Source of the DNA: an uncultured Eubacteriales bacterium
Lineage (GTDB): Bacteria; Bacillota_I; Bacilli_A; RF39; UBA660
Direction: 5' to 3'
Assembly (NCBI GenBank): GCA_900320505.1
Contig: ONSL01000001.1
Coordinates: forward strand, 1-57,726
Length of the DNA stretch: 57,726 bases
The position numbers and the translations under genes were made by a program. Below are positions 1 through 7,971 of the stretch, one piece after another (position 1 is the first letter of the stretch; each line of letters begins with the position of its first letter). The notes under the pieces are model-generated. The model had not been told where the DNA came from. It saw only the letters and a list, made by a program, of their open reading frames with translations, and made no database searches.

Positions 1-118
1 AAATAGCACAAAAATTTTAGAATGCCAAAAATTTAACTTTTAATTATATATATCAACAAATAATACAAAAAAGGCACCCCACTCAATCGTGGAGAGCCTA
101 AAAATTCACTCTTTTTCC

Positions 119-147
119 TTGAAAAATATCGCTAAAAGTAGTATTAT
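119..147 (+). promoter_or_regulatory. putative sigma-A-type promoter of the 177..1279 gene pair
   Basis: TTGAAA (119-124), 17-nt spacer, TATTAT (142-147). A GGGAG RBS (165-169) and the ATG at 177 follow. Confidence 0.4.
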
Positions 148-176
148 ACTAGTACTAATTTATAGGGAGTTATGCC

Positions 177-761
177 ATGAAAAAAGATATGTTAGAAAAA
201 ATAAGATATGCTACTAATCCTTTAATTCAAACTGTTATGGAAACATGTGATTATTTAGATGTTAATGACATGTACGTTCTAACTAATAAAAGAAATGTAG
301 TAGTTTTAACAAAAGATGATGTTTATCGTGAACTACCAGTAAATTCTATTGTTATAAATAGTGGCTATGATTATAGAGATGATTCACTAGTAAATGCAGA
401 TATTTTTCTTGCAATAAGGCCAGATAATAGTATTGTTATTAAGAAAAATTTGAATTCAGTAACAAAAGATGACTTAGAACATGTAAATCATAGTGAAATG
501 ATTGTCGAAATAAAAATTGGAGAAAACACTGAAATTCTTTATAATAAAGACGAAATGAAAGAGGATTTAGATACATTTTATAATAGATATGGAATAAGCT
601 ATCACAACACTATAAGAGACTTTAATAAAAGACCTAATAGTAGAAAAATATATGATCAAAATGTAAAAAATAATCTACTTAATAATATAGATATTATTAG
701 AAAATCAGTTAACGACATAATCTTTGAAGATAGATTAATTAAACTTACTATAGGGAGATAA
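177..761 (+). CDS. hypothetical protein, distant paralog of the next ORF
   Basis: 194-aa ORF with a GGGAG RBS. No family recognised. Shares spaced motifs with the 171-aa neighbour (D-x-YVL, Y-x-YRD-D/E, DI-x-L-x-I-x-P-x-N-x-I-x-I-x-K). Confidence 0.6.
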   Translation: MKKDMLEKIRYATNPLIQTVMETCDYLDVNDMYVLTNKRNVVVLTKDDVYRELPVNSIVINSGYDYRDDSLVNADIFLAIRPDNSIVIKKNLNSVTKDDLEHVNHSEMIVEIKIGENTEILYNKDEMKEDLDTFYNRYGISYHNTIRDFNKRPNSRKIYDQNVKNNLLNNIDIIRKSVNDIIFEDRLIKLTIGR

Positions 762-763
762 AT

Positions 764-1279
764 ATGGATGAAGAAACATTATTTAATATAATTAAATTTT
801 ATAATGCAATAACTAAAGAAAATAATGATTTTATAAACGTCACTGATTTATACGTATTATCTGAATTAAATAGTTTTAATATAGAAAATGATATTATAAG
901 TCTAAATGGTAAATATAAATATAGAGATGAAAATAGCAGTATATTTACTGACATATCATTATATATTAAACCTAGTAATGATATAGAAATTATAAAAGAT
1001 GAAAAAGTTGTTTCAACTCCATCTATTATTATAAGTGGTAATGAATTTAAAAGTGATATATCATATAATACAAGTATTATAAATACAAATTTAAATGGCA
1101 ATATAATTATGTTTGGAAAAGATGGATCAATAAGTAAATTTTATAATTCAATAGATGATATGTACGATGGATGCAAAAAATCATCTTTTATAGATAATGA
1201 TTTAAAAAACAGTATTAATGAAATATGTAATACTATAAGAGAAGACATAAGAAAGCTTGATAGTAGTAAAAGATTGTAA
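764..1279 (+). CDS. hypothetical protein, distant paralog of the previous ORF
   Basis: 171-aa ORF starting 2 nt after the previous stop. Same motif pattern as 177..761. Confidence 0.6.
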   Translation: MDEETLFNIIKFYNAITKENNDFINVTDLYVLSELNSFNIENDIISLNGKYKYRDENSSIFTDISLYIKPSNDIEIIKDEKVVSTPSIIISGNEFKSDISYNTSIINTNLNGNIIMFGKDGSISKFYNSIDDMYDGCKKSSFIDNDLKNSINEICNTIREDIRKLDSSKRL

Positions 1280-1327
1280 GAAATCATCTTTTATTGTATA
1301 ATTAAGCATGATTAAGGGTGTGATATT

Positions 1328-2443
1328 ATGGCAAAAACAGTTGTCGTCGGAATGAGTGGTGGAGTAGATTCATCAGTTGCAGCAATTATTTTAAAGAAAC
1401 AAGGATATAATGTTATTGGACTTTTTATGAGAAACTGGGATAGTACAATTAATAATGATTATCTTGGTAATCCCAATATTGGTAATGTTGATATTTGTCC
1501 TCAGGAAACAGATTATAATGATGCTTTAGCAGTATGCAAAAAAATAGGTATTCCACTTCATAGAATAGATTTTGTTAAGGAATACTGGGATGACGTCTTT
1601 AAATATTTTCTTGATGAACTAAAGAAAGGTAGAACACCAAACCCTGATATTATGTGTAATAAATATATTAAATTTGACCTTTTCGCAAAAGAAGCTAGAA
1701 AGCTTGGGGCAGATTATATTGCAACGGGTCACTATGCTAAACTAGAGAATGGCTATTTAAAGCGTTCTCTAGACCAAAACAAGGACCAAACGTATTTCTT
1801 GTCACAAGTAACAAAAGAAGAGCTAAAAGATGTCTTATTTCCTCTTGCAGACTATCTTAAACCTGATGTTAGAAAAATAGCTGATGAATATGGATTAGTA
1901 ACAGCACATAAAAAGGATTCAACTGGAATATGCTTTATTGGTGAAAGAAACTTTACTAAATTTCTAGAAAACTATCTTCCAAATAAAGAAGGGGATATTA
2001 TAGATATTGAAACTGGTAAAAAACTGGGTAAGCATATTGGTCTTATGTATTACACTATTGGACAGAGAAGGGGACTTGATATAGGAGGTACTAAAGATAA
2101 ACTATTTGTTGTAGGTAAAGACTTAAATAAAAATATATTATATGTTGCAGAGAAAGAAGATAATGAGTATCTATACTCTACAAGCTGCATAATAGAAGAT
2201 GTTAATTTAAATTGTGATTTAAGGCCTACAAAGTGTACCGCTAAATTTCGCTATAGACAAAAAGATAACCCTGTAGAACTTGAATATCTTGATGATGGCA
2301 ATATTTTAGTTAAATATGAACAAGGTGTTAAAAGTGTTACACCAGGTCAAGCATGTGTCTTATATGATGGTGATATATGTCTAGGTGGTGGCATCATAAA
2401 AGAAGTTAGAAAAGATGGTAAAAAGTTATGGTATGTGCTATAG
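1328..2443 (+). CDS. mnmA: tRNA-specific 2-thiouridylase MnmA
   Basis: N-terminal PP-loop VVGMSGGVDSSVAA, motifs PNPDIMCN and DQTYFL. Typical length of 371 aa. Confidence 0.95.
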   Translation: MAKTVVVGMSGGVDSSVAAIILKKQGYNVIGLFMRNWDSTINNDYLGNPNIGNVDICPQETDYNDALAVCKKIGIPLHRIDFVKEYWDDVFKYFLDELKKGRTPNPDIMCNKYIKFDLFAKEARKLGADYIATGHYAKLENGYLKRSLDQNKDQTYFLSQVTKEELKDVLFPLADYLKPDVRKIADEYGLVTAHKKDSTGICFIGERNFTKFLENYLPNKEGDIIDIETGKKLGKHIGLMYYTIGQRRGLDIGGTKDKLFVVGKDLNKNILYVAEKEDNEYLYSTSCIIEDVNLNCDLRPTKCTAKFRYRQKDNPVELEYLDDGNILVKYEQGVKSVTPGQACVLYDGDICLGGGIIKEVRKDGKKLWYVL

Positions 2444-2539
2444 CTTTTTTATTTTAATTAAAAATTTTGATAATCTATATATAACATATATAAAATTCAG
2501 TACTCTAATTTTAAATTATAATAAACGTAAAGTTTACAC

Positions 2540-2568
2540 TTGACATTATATGTAAACCCAGATAAAAT
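2540..2568 (+). promoter_or_regulatory. putative sigma-A promoter overlapping a 7-bp inverted repeat (candidate operator)
   Basis: TTGACA (2540-2545), 17-nt spacer, TAAAAT (2563-2568). GTTTACA (2532-2538) and TGTAAAC (2551-2557) bracket the -35 element. Confidence 0.5.
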
Positions 2569-2590
2569 TAATAATGGAGGGTATCTTAAA

Positions 2591-3358
2591 ATGAACGAAT
2601 TAAACAAACTAATAAGTGAACTAGGAATATCAAAAGTAAGTCTTGCTAAATATTTAGGTGTATCAAGACAAATGCTTTATAACTATCTAGGATTTGATAG
2701 TATAGAAAAGTGGCCAGATGAGAAGAAAAACAAACTTTATAATTTATTTAGTGTTAAAAGTGAAGCTGAACTTAAGAATTTAAATTTAGACAATAATATT
2801 GTTAAATCAGTTAATTCTAAACTTGAAAATGCTGCAAAGGCAAGTACTAAAGATGAAATAATTACTGATTTAAAAAACTTTAATAGAAAAGAGCAGGGGA
2901 TATTATCTGATATCATAAATCTATTAAAAGAAAAGATGGAGAAAAATAGTTCTAAAGAAACATATAATACGTATACTTATTTATATCATTTCTTACAATC
3001 AATGGATGCAAATCCAGAACTTAAATATTTTATGGTATATGCATCAAAATCTTTAGGATTTACTGATCCAGATAAATATGATTTTAATGAGAATAAACAA
3101 TTTATTTTTGAATCAATTATGTATAGTGCTTTTACAATTTATAAAAGTGGCGATTTATCAAGATCAAAAATTAAAGCTAGACATGATTCATTTGTACAAG
3201 AAATTTCAAATAAACAAGAAGAAAAACTTGGTAGAACTTTGGAATTGAATATGAATACATTAGAAGCATTAAAAGAACTTGGTTATTCAGAAATAACTGC
3301 AGAGAATGCTAAAGAAGTATTAGAAAAAATAGCAGAAATAGAAAGTAGGAAGGTATAG
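2591..3358 (+). CDS. XRE-type helix-turn-helix DNA-binding protein with a ~190-aa uncharacterised C-terminal domain
   Basis: The HTH ISKVSLAKYLGVSRQMLYNYL lies at the N-terminus. A GGAGGG RBS sits ~8 nt before the ATG at 2591. The track start at 2540 is the TTG of the promoter -35, so it is probably not used. Confidence 0.75.
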   Translation: MNELNKLISELGISKVSLAKYLGVSRQMLYNYLGFDSIEKWPDEKKNKLYNLFSVKSEAELKNLNLDNNIVKSVNSKLENAAKASTKDEIITDLKNFNRKEQGILSDIINLLKEKMEKNSSKETYNTYTYLYHFLQSMDANPELKYFMVYASKSLGFTDPDKYDFNENKQFIFESIMYSAFTIYKSGDLSRSKIKARHDSFVQEISNKQEEKLGRTLELNMNTLEALKELGYSEITAENAKEVLEKIAEIESRKV

Positions 3359-3452
3359 TTTATCTTCTTCTTTCTTTAATTTTATAAAGAAGTTAACATA
3401 ATATCAATTATAGGAAATTCCATATTAGCTTGTTTTTTATAATAAATATACT

Positions 3453-3490
3453 GTAATACATATTAACATATGTATTATTTTTATTTTAAA
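3453..3490 (+). terminator. putative intrinsic terminator after the HTH gene
   Basis: Perfect inverted repeat AATACATAT-taac-ATATGTATT (3455-3476) followed by ATTTTTATTTT. The stem is AT-rich, so stability is modest. Confidence 0.4.
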
Positions 3491-3643
3491 TAAGTATTAT
3501 CTCTTTAATGCTACTTCTATATATAATATATATTATTAATACTGAAATTAAAATAATTATTATATTGTATCTTAAATTTAAATTCAAATTAGATTATTAT
3601 TATAAATATTTTTAAGTATTAAAATTAAAAATTGATTTAGATT

Positions 3644-3850
3644 AATAATTATCCATATTTTATTATTTCGATGCAAATTTTAAATATGCACTAATATGAA
3701 TAACTATCCACTTATTTATTATTCGTCGCAAATTTCATAATTTAAATTTTCATTTAACTTAATAACTATCTATCTTTTTAAAACTGAATGCAAATTTTAA
3801 AATGCAATAAATGAATAATTATCCATATTTTATTATTTCGATGCAAAATT
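3644..3850. repeat. four phased ~36-40-bp direct repeats (iteron-like) in a non-coding AT-rich region
   Basis: Copies start near 3644, 3699, 3761 and 3814, giving spacings of 55, 62 and 53 bp. Copies 1 and 4 are identical over 34 nt (AATAATTATCCATATTTTATTATTTCGATGCAAA). Copies 2 and 3 are diverged (AATAACTATCCACTTATTTATTATTCGTCGCAAATTT and AATAACTATCTATCTTTTTAAAACTGAATGCAAATTT). Confidence 0.85.
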
Positions 3851-3912
3851 TAATGTATAAAATATTGAATACAGAAAATAATATTAGTGTAAGAAAGGAA
3901 TGATAATTTTAT

Positions 3913-4092
3913 ATGAGTAAAAGCAAGAATTGTAAAAATTACAAAAATTCTAAAGAGGGGACTTGTATCAAAAAAAATAATGCATCAAAGAATGCATCAT
4001 CTAAAAATACAAAAACAAGTTCAAGCGAAAATTTAGAAGATAGCAAGACAAGTAGTAGCAAAAGCTGTAAATCATCTAAAAATTGCAAATAA
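3913..4092 (+). CDS. unannotated small Lys/Ser/Asn/Cys-rich protein (59 aa)
   Basis: ATG at 3913 to TAA at 4090-4092 gives MSKSKNCKNYKNSKEGTCIKKNNASKNASSKNTKTSSSENLEDSKTSSSKSCKSSKNCK. An AAAGGAA element lies ~13 nt upstream and a hairpin plus T8 terminator follows immediately. It is below the length cutoff of the ORF track. Confidence 0.45.
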   Translation: MSKSKNCKNYKNSKEGTCIKKNNASKNASSKNTKTSSSENLEDSKTSSSKSCKSSKNCK

Positions 4093-4101
4093 ATAATGAA
4101 A

Positions 4102-4128
4102 ATAGAGAAATTAATCTCTATTTTTTTT
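4102..4128 (+). terminator. intrinsic terminator, probably bidirectional (small ORF on plus, deoB on minus)
   Basis: ATAGAG-aaattaat-CTCTAT followed by an 8-T run (4121-4128). It lies between the convergent stops at 4092 and 4143. Confidence 0.5.
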
Positions 4129-4142
4129 GCTTTTCCCCTTCT

Positions 4143-5300
4143 CTACTCTAATTCTCCTAAAATTGATGTACCTATTTCAGGCTTTTCAATATCAAAATTA
4201 TCTGCGATAGTTGCAGCAACATCAGCCATACTATTTCTTGGAGCAAGACGTTTTGAATTCATGAATTTTCTACTATATAAAAGTACCGGAACATTTTCTC
4301 TTGTATGTGAATTTCCACTAAATGTTGGATCATTTCCATGGTCTGCTGTAATGATTAATAAATCATCTGTATCAAGTTTATTTAATATGATAGGTACATT
4401 TACATCAAACTCTTCTAAAACTTTCTTATAGCCGTCTACGTCTCGCCTGTGACCACATGTATCAAAGTCAGGAAGTGTTGCAATACAAAGTCCATTAAAG
4501 TTTTTATCCATTACATCGGTTAATTTATTAATAACCTCGTTATTATCTGATGCAGTAAGAGCTTTATTTATGCCCTCCCTATCAAATATATCATTTATTT
4601 TACCTATTCCAATAACATTATACCCTTTATCAAGTAATTCAGTTAAAATAGTCGTTTCTGGAGGTTTTACAGCATAATCTCTTCTGCCACTATTAAGTGG
4701 TTTATAAGCACCACTTTTACCAGTAAATGGTCTTGCAATTATTCTTCCAACTCTATATTGTTCGTTTAAAGTTATTCTTCTAATTTCTTCACAATATTTA
4801 TGTAGCATAGAAACTGGTATTACATCTTCATGAGCAGCTACTTGCAGATCAGAGTCTTCAGATGTATATATTATTAATGCACCATAATTTAATGCTTTGT
4901 CACCAAGTTCATTTATTATCTCTTCTGATGAAGAACATTTATTACCAATTATTCTTCTTCCAGTTATTTCACTTATATATGTAAGTATTTCCATAGGAAA
5001 GCCTTCATTAAATGTTTTAAATGGGACATTAGATTTTATTCCCATAAGTTCGTAGTGTCCATTTAATGAATCTATTCCAGCATTATTTGGTTTTGCAGTT
5101 GTATAATAAGCATCGACATCTTCTTCTTTCATACTTACTGTACTTAAAAGACCAATTTTCTTTAGGTTAGGGATAAATATATCTTCACTTTCAACATGTC
5201 CTAAAGTTGATGCTCCTTTAGATCCATATGTACTTGCATCTTCTGCTTCCCCTACTCCTACTGAATCCATTATTAGCAAAAAAATTCTTTTAAATTTCAT
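4143..5300 (-). CDS. deoB: phosphopentomutase
   Basis: N-terminal LIMDSVGVGE metal site and the ITADHGNDPT motif. Length 385 aa. Confidence 0.93.
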   Translation of the reverse strand: MKFKRIFLLIMDSVGVGEAEDASTYGSKGASTLGHVESEDIFIPNLKKIGLLSTVSMKEEDVDAYYTTAKPNNAGIDSLNGHYELMGIKSNVPFKTFNEGFPMEILTYISEITGRRIIGNKCSSSEEIINELGDKALNYGALIIYTSEDSDLQVAAHEDVIPVSMLHKYCEEIRRITLNEQYRVGRIIARPFTGKSGAYKPLNSGRRDYAVKPPETTILTELLDKGYNVIGIGKINDIFDREGINKALTASDNNEVINKLTDVMDKNFNGLCIATLPDFDTCGHRRDVDGYKKVLEEFDVNVPIILNKLDTDDLLIITADHGNDPTFSGNSHTRENVPVLLYSRKFMNSKRLAPRNSMADVAATIADNFDIEKPEIGTSILGELE

Positions 5301-5312
5301 AAATTATAACCT

Positions 5313-6221
5313 CTATTTCTTATCACGTGGATGATACTCTTCATAGTCATTTTCTACTGCTTTATCACTTACGTGTGTATATATTTTAGTAGTTGATATT
5401 GATTCATGTCCAAGCATTTCCTGTATACTTCTTAAATCAGCACCTCTATCTAAAAGATGTGTTGCAAAAGAGTGCCTCAATGTATGTGGTGAAACATTTG
5501 TATCAAGACCTTTTTCTTCTAAAAGTCCTTTAAGAATTTTAAAGAATCCTTGTCTTGTTATTTTCTTTCCATGATTATTTAAAAAAAGTGCTTCAGTATC
5601 AACACCTCTTTTTGTAAGAAGTGGTCTATTTTCCATATATAGTTCAAGATAATGCATTGAATATTCTCCAATAGGTATTATTCTTTCTTTATTTCCTTTT
5701 CCAACTATTCTTATTATTGAATTTGTAAAATCAATATTATTAAGTGTTAAATTAACAAGTTCTGATACCCTAAGCCCTGTTCCATACATTACTTCAAGCA
5801 TTGCTTTATTTCTATAATCATATGGTGTTTTAAGTTTAATATCAAGAAGCTTATCTACATCTTCAACAGATAATACTCTAGGTATACTTTTAACAATTTT
5901 AGGTCTCTTTATAGATATGCTTACGTCTTCTTTTACAATACCCTCTCTTTTTAAATAAGAATGAAATTCTTTTATTGAAGTAAGAGTATGTGCAATTGTT
6001 TTAACAGAATCTCCTTTATTTGTTATTTCTTTTAAATAATCATTTATATCCTCTACTTTAATATTTTTAAAATCTGTAATTTTTTTTCTATCTAAATATT
6101 TAAGATACAATTTTAAATCATTTCTATATGAATCTATAGTATTTTGAGAAAGTCCTTTATCAATAGAACAATAAGATAAAAAATCAATTAAATATTCATT
6201 ATCATTAGTCAAAAAAACCAC
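5313..6221 (-). CDS. xerD: site-specific tyrosine recombinase XerD-type
   Basis: Catalytic motifs GLRVSEL, HTLRHSFATHLL and LGHESISTTKIYTHV. The xerD-deoB adjacency resembles B. subtilis ripX-drm. Confidence 0.8.
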   Translation of the reverse strand: MVFLTNDNEYLIDFLSYCSIDKGLSQNTIDSYRNDLKLYLKYLDRKKITDFKNIKVEDINDYLKEITNKGDSVKTIAHTLTSIKEFHSYLKREGIVKEDVSISIKRPKIVKSIPRVLSVEDVDKLLDIKLKTPYDYRNKAMLEVMYGTGLRVSELVNLTLNNIDFTNSIIRIVGKGNKERIIPIGEYSMHYLELYMENRPLLTKRGVDTEALFLNNHGKKITRQGFFKILKGLLEEKGLDTNVSPHTLRHSFATHLLDRGADLRSIQEMLGHESISTTKIYTHVSDKAVENDYEEYHPRDKK

Positions 6222-6286
6222 CTATATAATTATATTATAATATTCTAAATTAATCAAATATGATAAAATATATATTGGTGATAGTT

Positions 6287-6748
6287 ATGACTAGAAGTTA
6301 TGGAATAATTATTTATAGAGCATTTGAAGGTAAAACTGAAGTTCTGCTTTGCCATCCTGGAGGTCCATACTGGAAATGTAAGAAAAACTTTACTGTTTCT
6401 AAAGGGGAAAGAACAGGTTATGAAAAAGCTATTGATACTGCAAAACGTGAATTTAAAGAAGAAACATCATTTAATGCACCTAGTAATATTCATTATTTAG
6501 GAACTAAAAAAGTAAATAAGAAAAAACTTGTAACCATATTTTATGCTAATATGGATATTGATGTAGAAAAGTGCCATAGTAATACATTTAAACTTGAGTC
6601 TCCAAAAGGTTCAGGAATAATTAAAGAATATCCTGAAATGGATTATTATAAATGGTTTAGTCTTGATGATGCAAGAAAAGTTATAATGAAAAGTCAAATA
6701 TATTTTATTAATAAATTAGAAGATAAGTTAAAGGAGATGAAAGCATGA
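6287..6748 (+). CDS. NUDIX-family hydrolase (predicted)
   Basis: Nudix-box-like GERTGYEKAIDTAKREFKEETSF. The probable start is the ATG at 6287 (GGTGA RBS) rather than the track start at 6260. The stop overlaps the rarA start as ATGA. Confidence 0.65.
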   Translation: MTRSYGIIIYRAFEGKTEVLLCHPGGPYWKCKKNFTVSKGERTGYEKAIDTAKREFKEETSFNAPSNIHYLGTKKVNKKKLVTIFYANMDIDVEKCHSNTFKLESPKGSGIIKEYPEMDYYKWFSLDDARKVIMKSQIYFINKLEDKLKEMKA

Positions 6749-7965
6749 TAATACCCCTAGCTAAAAGAATGGAGCCTAAAACTTTAAAGGATGTTTTAGG
6801 ACAAGATGAGCTTACTGGCAAAGGAAAAGTTCTTCAAAATATGGTTAAATTTAAACATCCATTTTCATTCATTTTAACTGGTCCTCCAGGAATTGGAAAA
6901 ACATCAATTGCAATTGCACTTTCAAACGATTTAGGTATGAGATGTAAAGTTATCAATGCAACAGATAGCAGTAAGAAAGACCTAGATATTGCAAGAGAAG
7001 AAGCTAAAATGTATGATGGTATGATATTAATAATTGATGAAATTCATAGGCTTAATAAAGATAAGCAAGATATATTATTGCCTATGATTGAAAGTGGTCT
7101 TATTGTTCTAATAGGAATGACAACAGAAAACCCATATCATTCAATTAATCCTGCTATTAGAAGTAGATGTGAAATATTTGAGCTTAAGTCTCTTGAAAAG
7201 GATGATATTATAAAAGGACTTAAAAAAGCAGTAAAAAAGGAGCTTACGGATATTAAAATAGATAATAAATCACTTGATTTAATTGCAACTATTTCTGGAA
7301 ATGATTTGAGATCTGCATATAACTTGCTTGATATTTGTTATATGCAAAATGAAGATCATAAAGTTGATATTGATACTGTAAAAATAGTTAACAATAAGCC
7401 TGTTTTCTTTGCAGATAAAAATGGTGCTGGTCATTATAATGTAATGAGTGCTCTTCAAAAATCTATAAGAGGATCTGATGTAGATGCTGCGCTTCATTAT
7501 ACTGCAAGGCTTCTTGCCGAAGGGGACTTAAAAACGTTAGAGAGAAGATTATCAGTTATTGCATATGAAGATATTGGTATGGCAAATCCAGATATTGGTG
7601 TAAGACTTGATGCCGCAATAAATGCTGCAGAACGTGTTGGACTTCCAGAAGCAATAATTCCATTTGGCGAAATAGTTTGTGAAATGGCTCTTTCTCCAAA
7701 GAGTAATTCTTCATATCTTGCAATAAATGCTGCAATAGATGATATAAATAAAGGAAATGTTGGAGAAATACCACATCATATTGTTAAAGGATCTCCTGAC
7801 TATAAATATCCTCATGATTACCCTAATGATTATGTATATCAGGAATATCTGCCTAAAAAATTAAAAAATGTTAAATATTATCATCCTAAAGCTAACGGAT
7901 ATGAAATTAATTATAAAGAAGTTTATGATAAGTTAGAAAAAATAAAAGAAAGTCATTTGAAATAG
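6745..7965 (+). CDS. rarA: replication-associated recombination protein A (MgsA/RarA AAA+ ATPase)
   Basis: Walker A GPPGIGKTS, Walker B LIIDEIHR, and C-terminal MgsA-type HYNVMSALQKSIRGSD. Confidence 0.9.
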   Translation: MIIPLAKRMEPKTLKDVLGQDELTGKGKVLQNMVKFKHPFSFILTGPPGIGKTSIAIALSNDLGMRCKVINATDSSKKDLDIAREEAKMYDGMILIIDEIHRLNKDKQDILLPMIESGLIVLIGMTTENPYHSINPAIRSRCEIFELKSLEKDDIIKGLKKAVKKELTDIKIDNKSLDLIATISGNDLRSAYNLLDICYMQNEDHKVDIDTVKIVNNKPVFFADKNGAGHYNVMSALQKSIRGSDVDAALHYTARLLAEGDLKTLERRLSVIAYEDIGMANPDIGVRLDAAINAAERVGLPEAIIPFGEIVCEMALSPKSNSSYLAINAAIDDINKGNVGEIPHHIVKGSPDYKYPHDYPNDYVYQEYLPKKLKNVKYYHPKANGYEINYKEVYDKLEKIKESHLK

Positions 7966-7971
7966 ACTTTC

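Noticed and set aside
2540-2590. N-terminal extensions proposed by the track ORFs (for example 2540, 6260, 14669, 19566, 26802, 40602, 43177, 48216, 52952, 55621 and 56863)
   Set aside because: In each case an internal ATG with a good Shine-Dalgarno sequence reproduces the conserved N-terminus of the family (MTQV for S21, MYDFIEGK for RuvA, and so on). The upstream extension overlaps promoters or neighbouring genes.
3644-3850. A CRISPR array as the explanation for the four direct repeats
   Set aside because: There are only four copies and two are strongly diverged. The spacers would be just ~17-25 nt and AT-rich like the flanks. There are no cas genes and no leader/repeat architecture. An iteron or operator-like array fits better.
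3359-4142. A chromosomal replication origin (oriC), suggested by DnaA-box-like 9-mers next to an AT-rich stretch
   Set aside because: Flanking genes converge on this region, whereas they would diverge from an origin. No dnaA, dnaN or rpmH is nearby, and the best boxes match only 7-8 of 9 positions. This is kept only as a DnaA-box-cluster possibility within the repeat finding.
5313-6221. A phage or integrative-element integrase marking a mobile element
   Set aside because: It has full XerD-type motifs and housekeeping synteny with deoB. No att-like repeats, excisionase, phage or conjugation genes are nearby, and the flanks show no compositional break.
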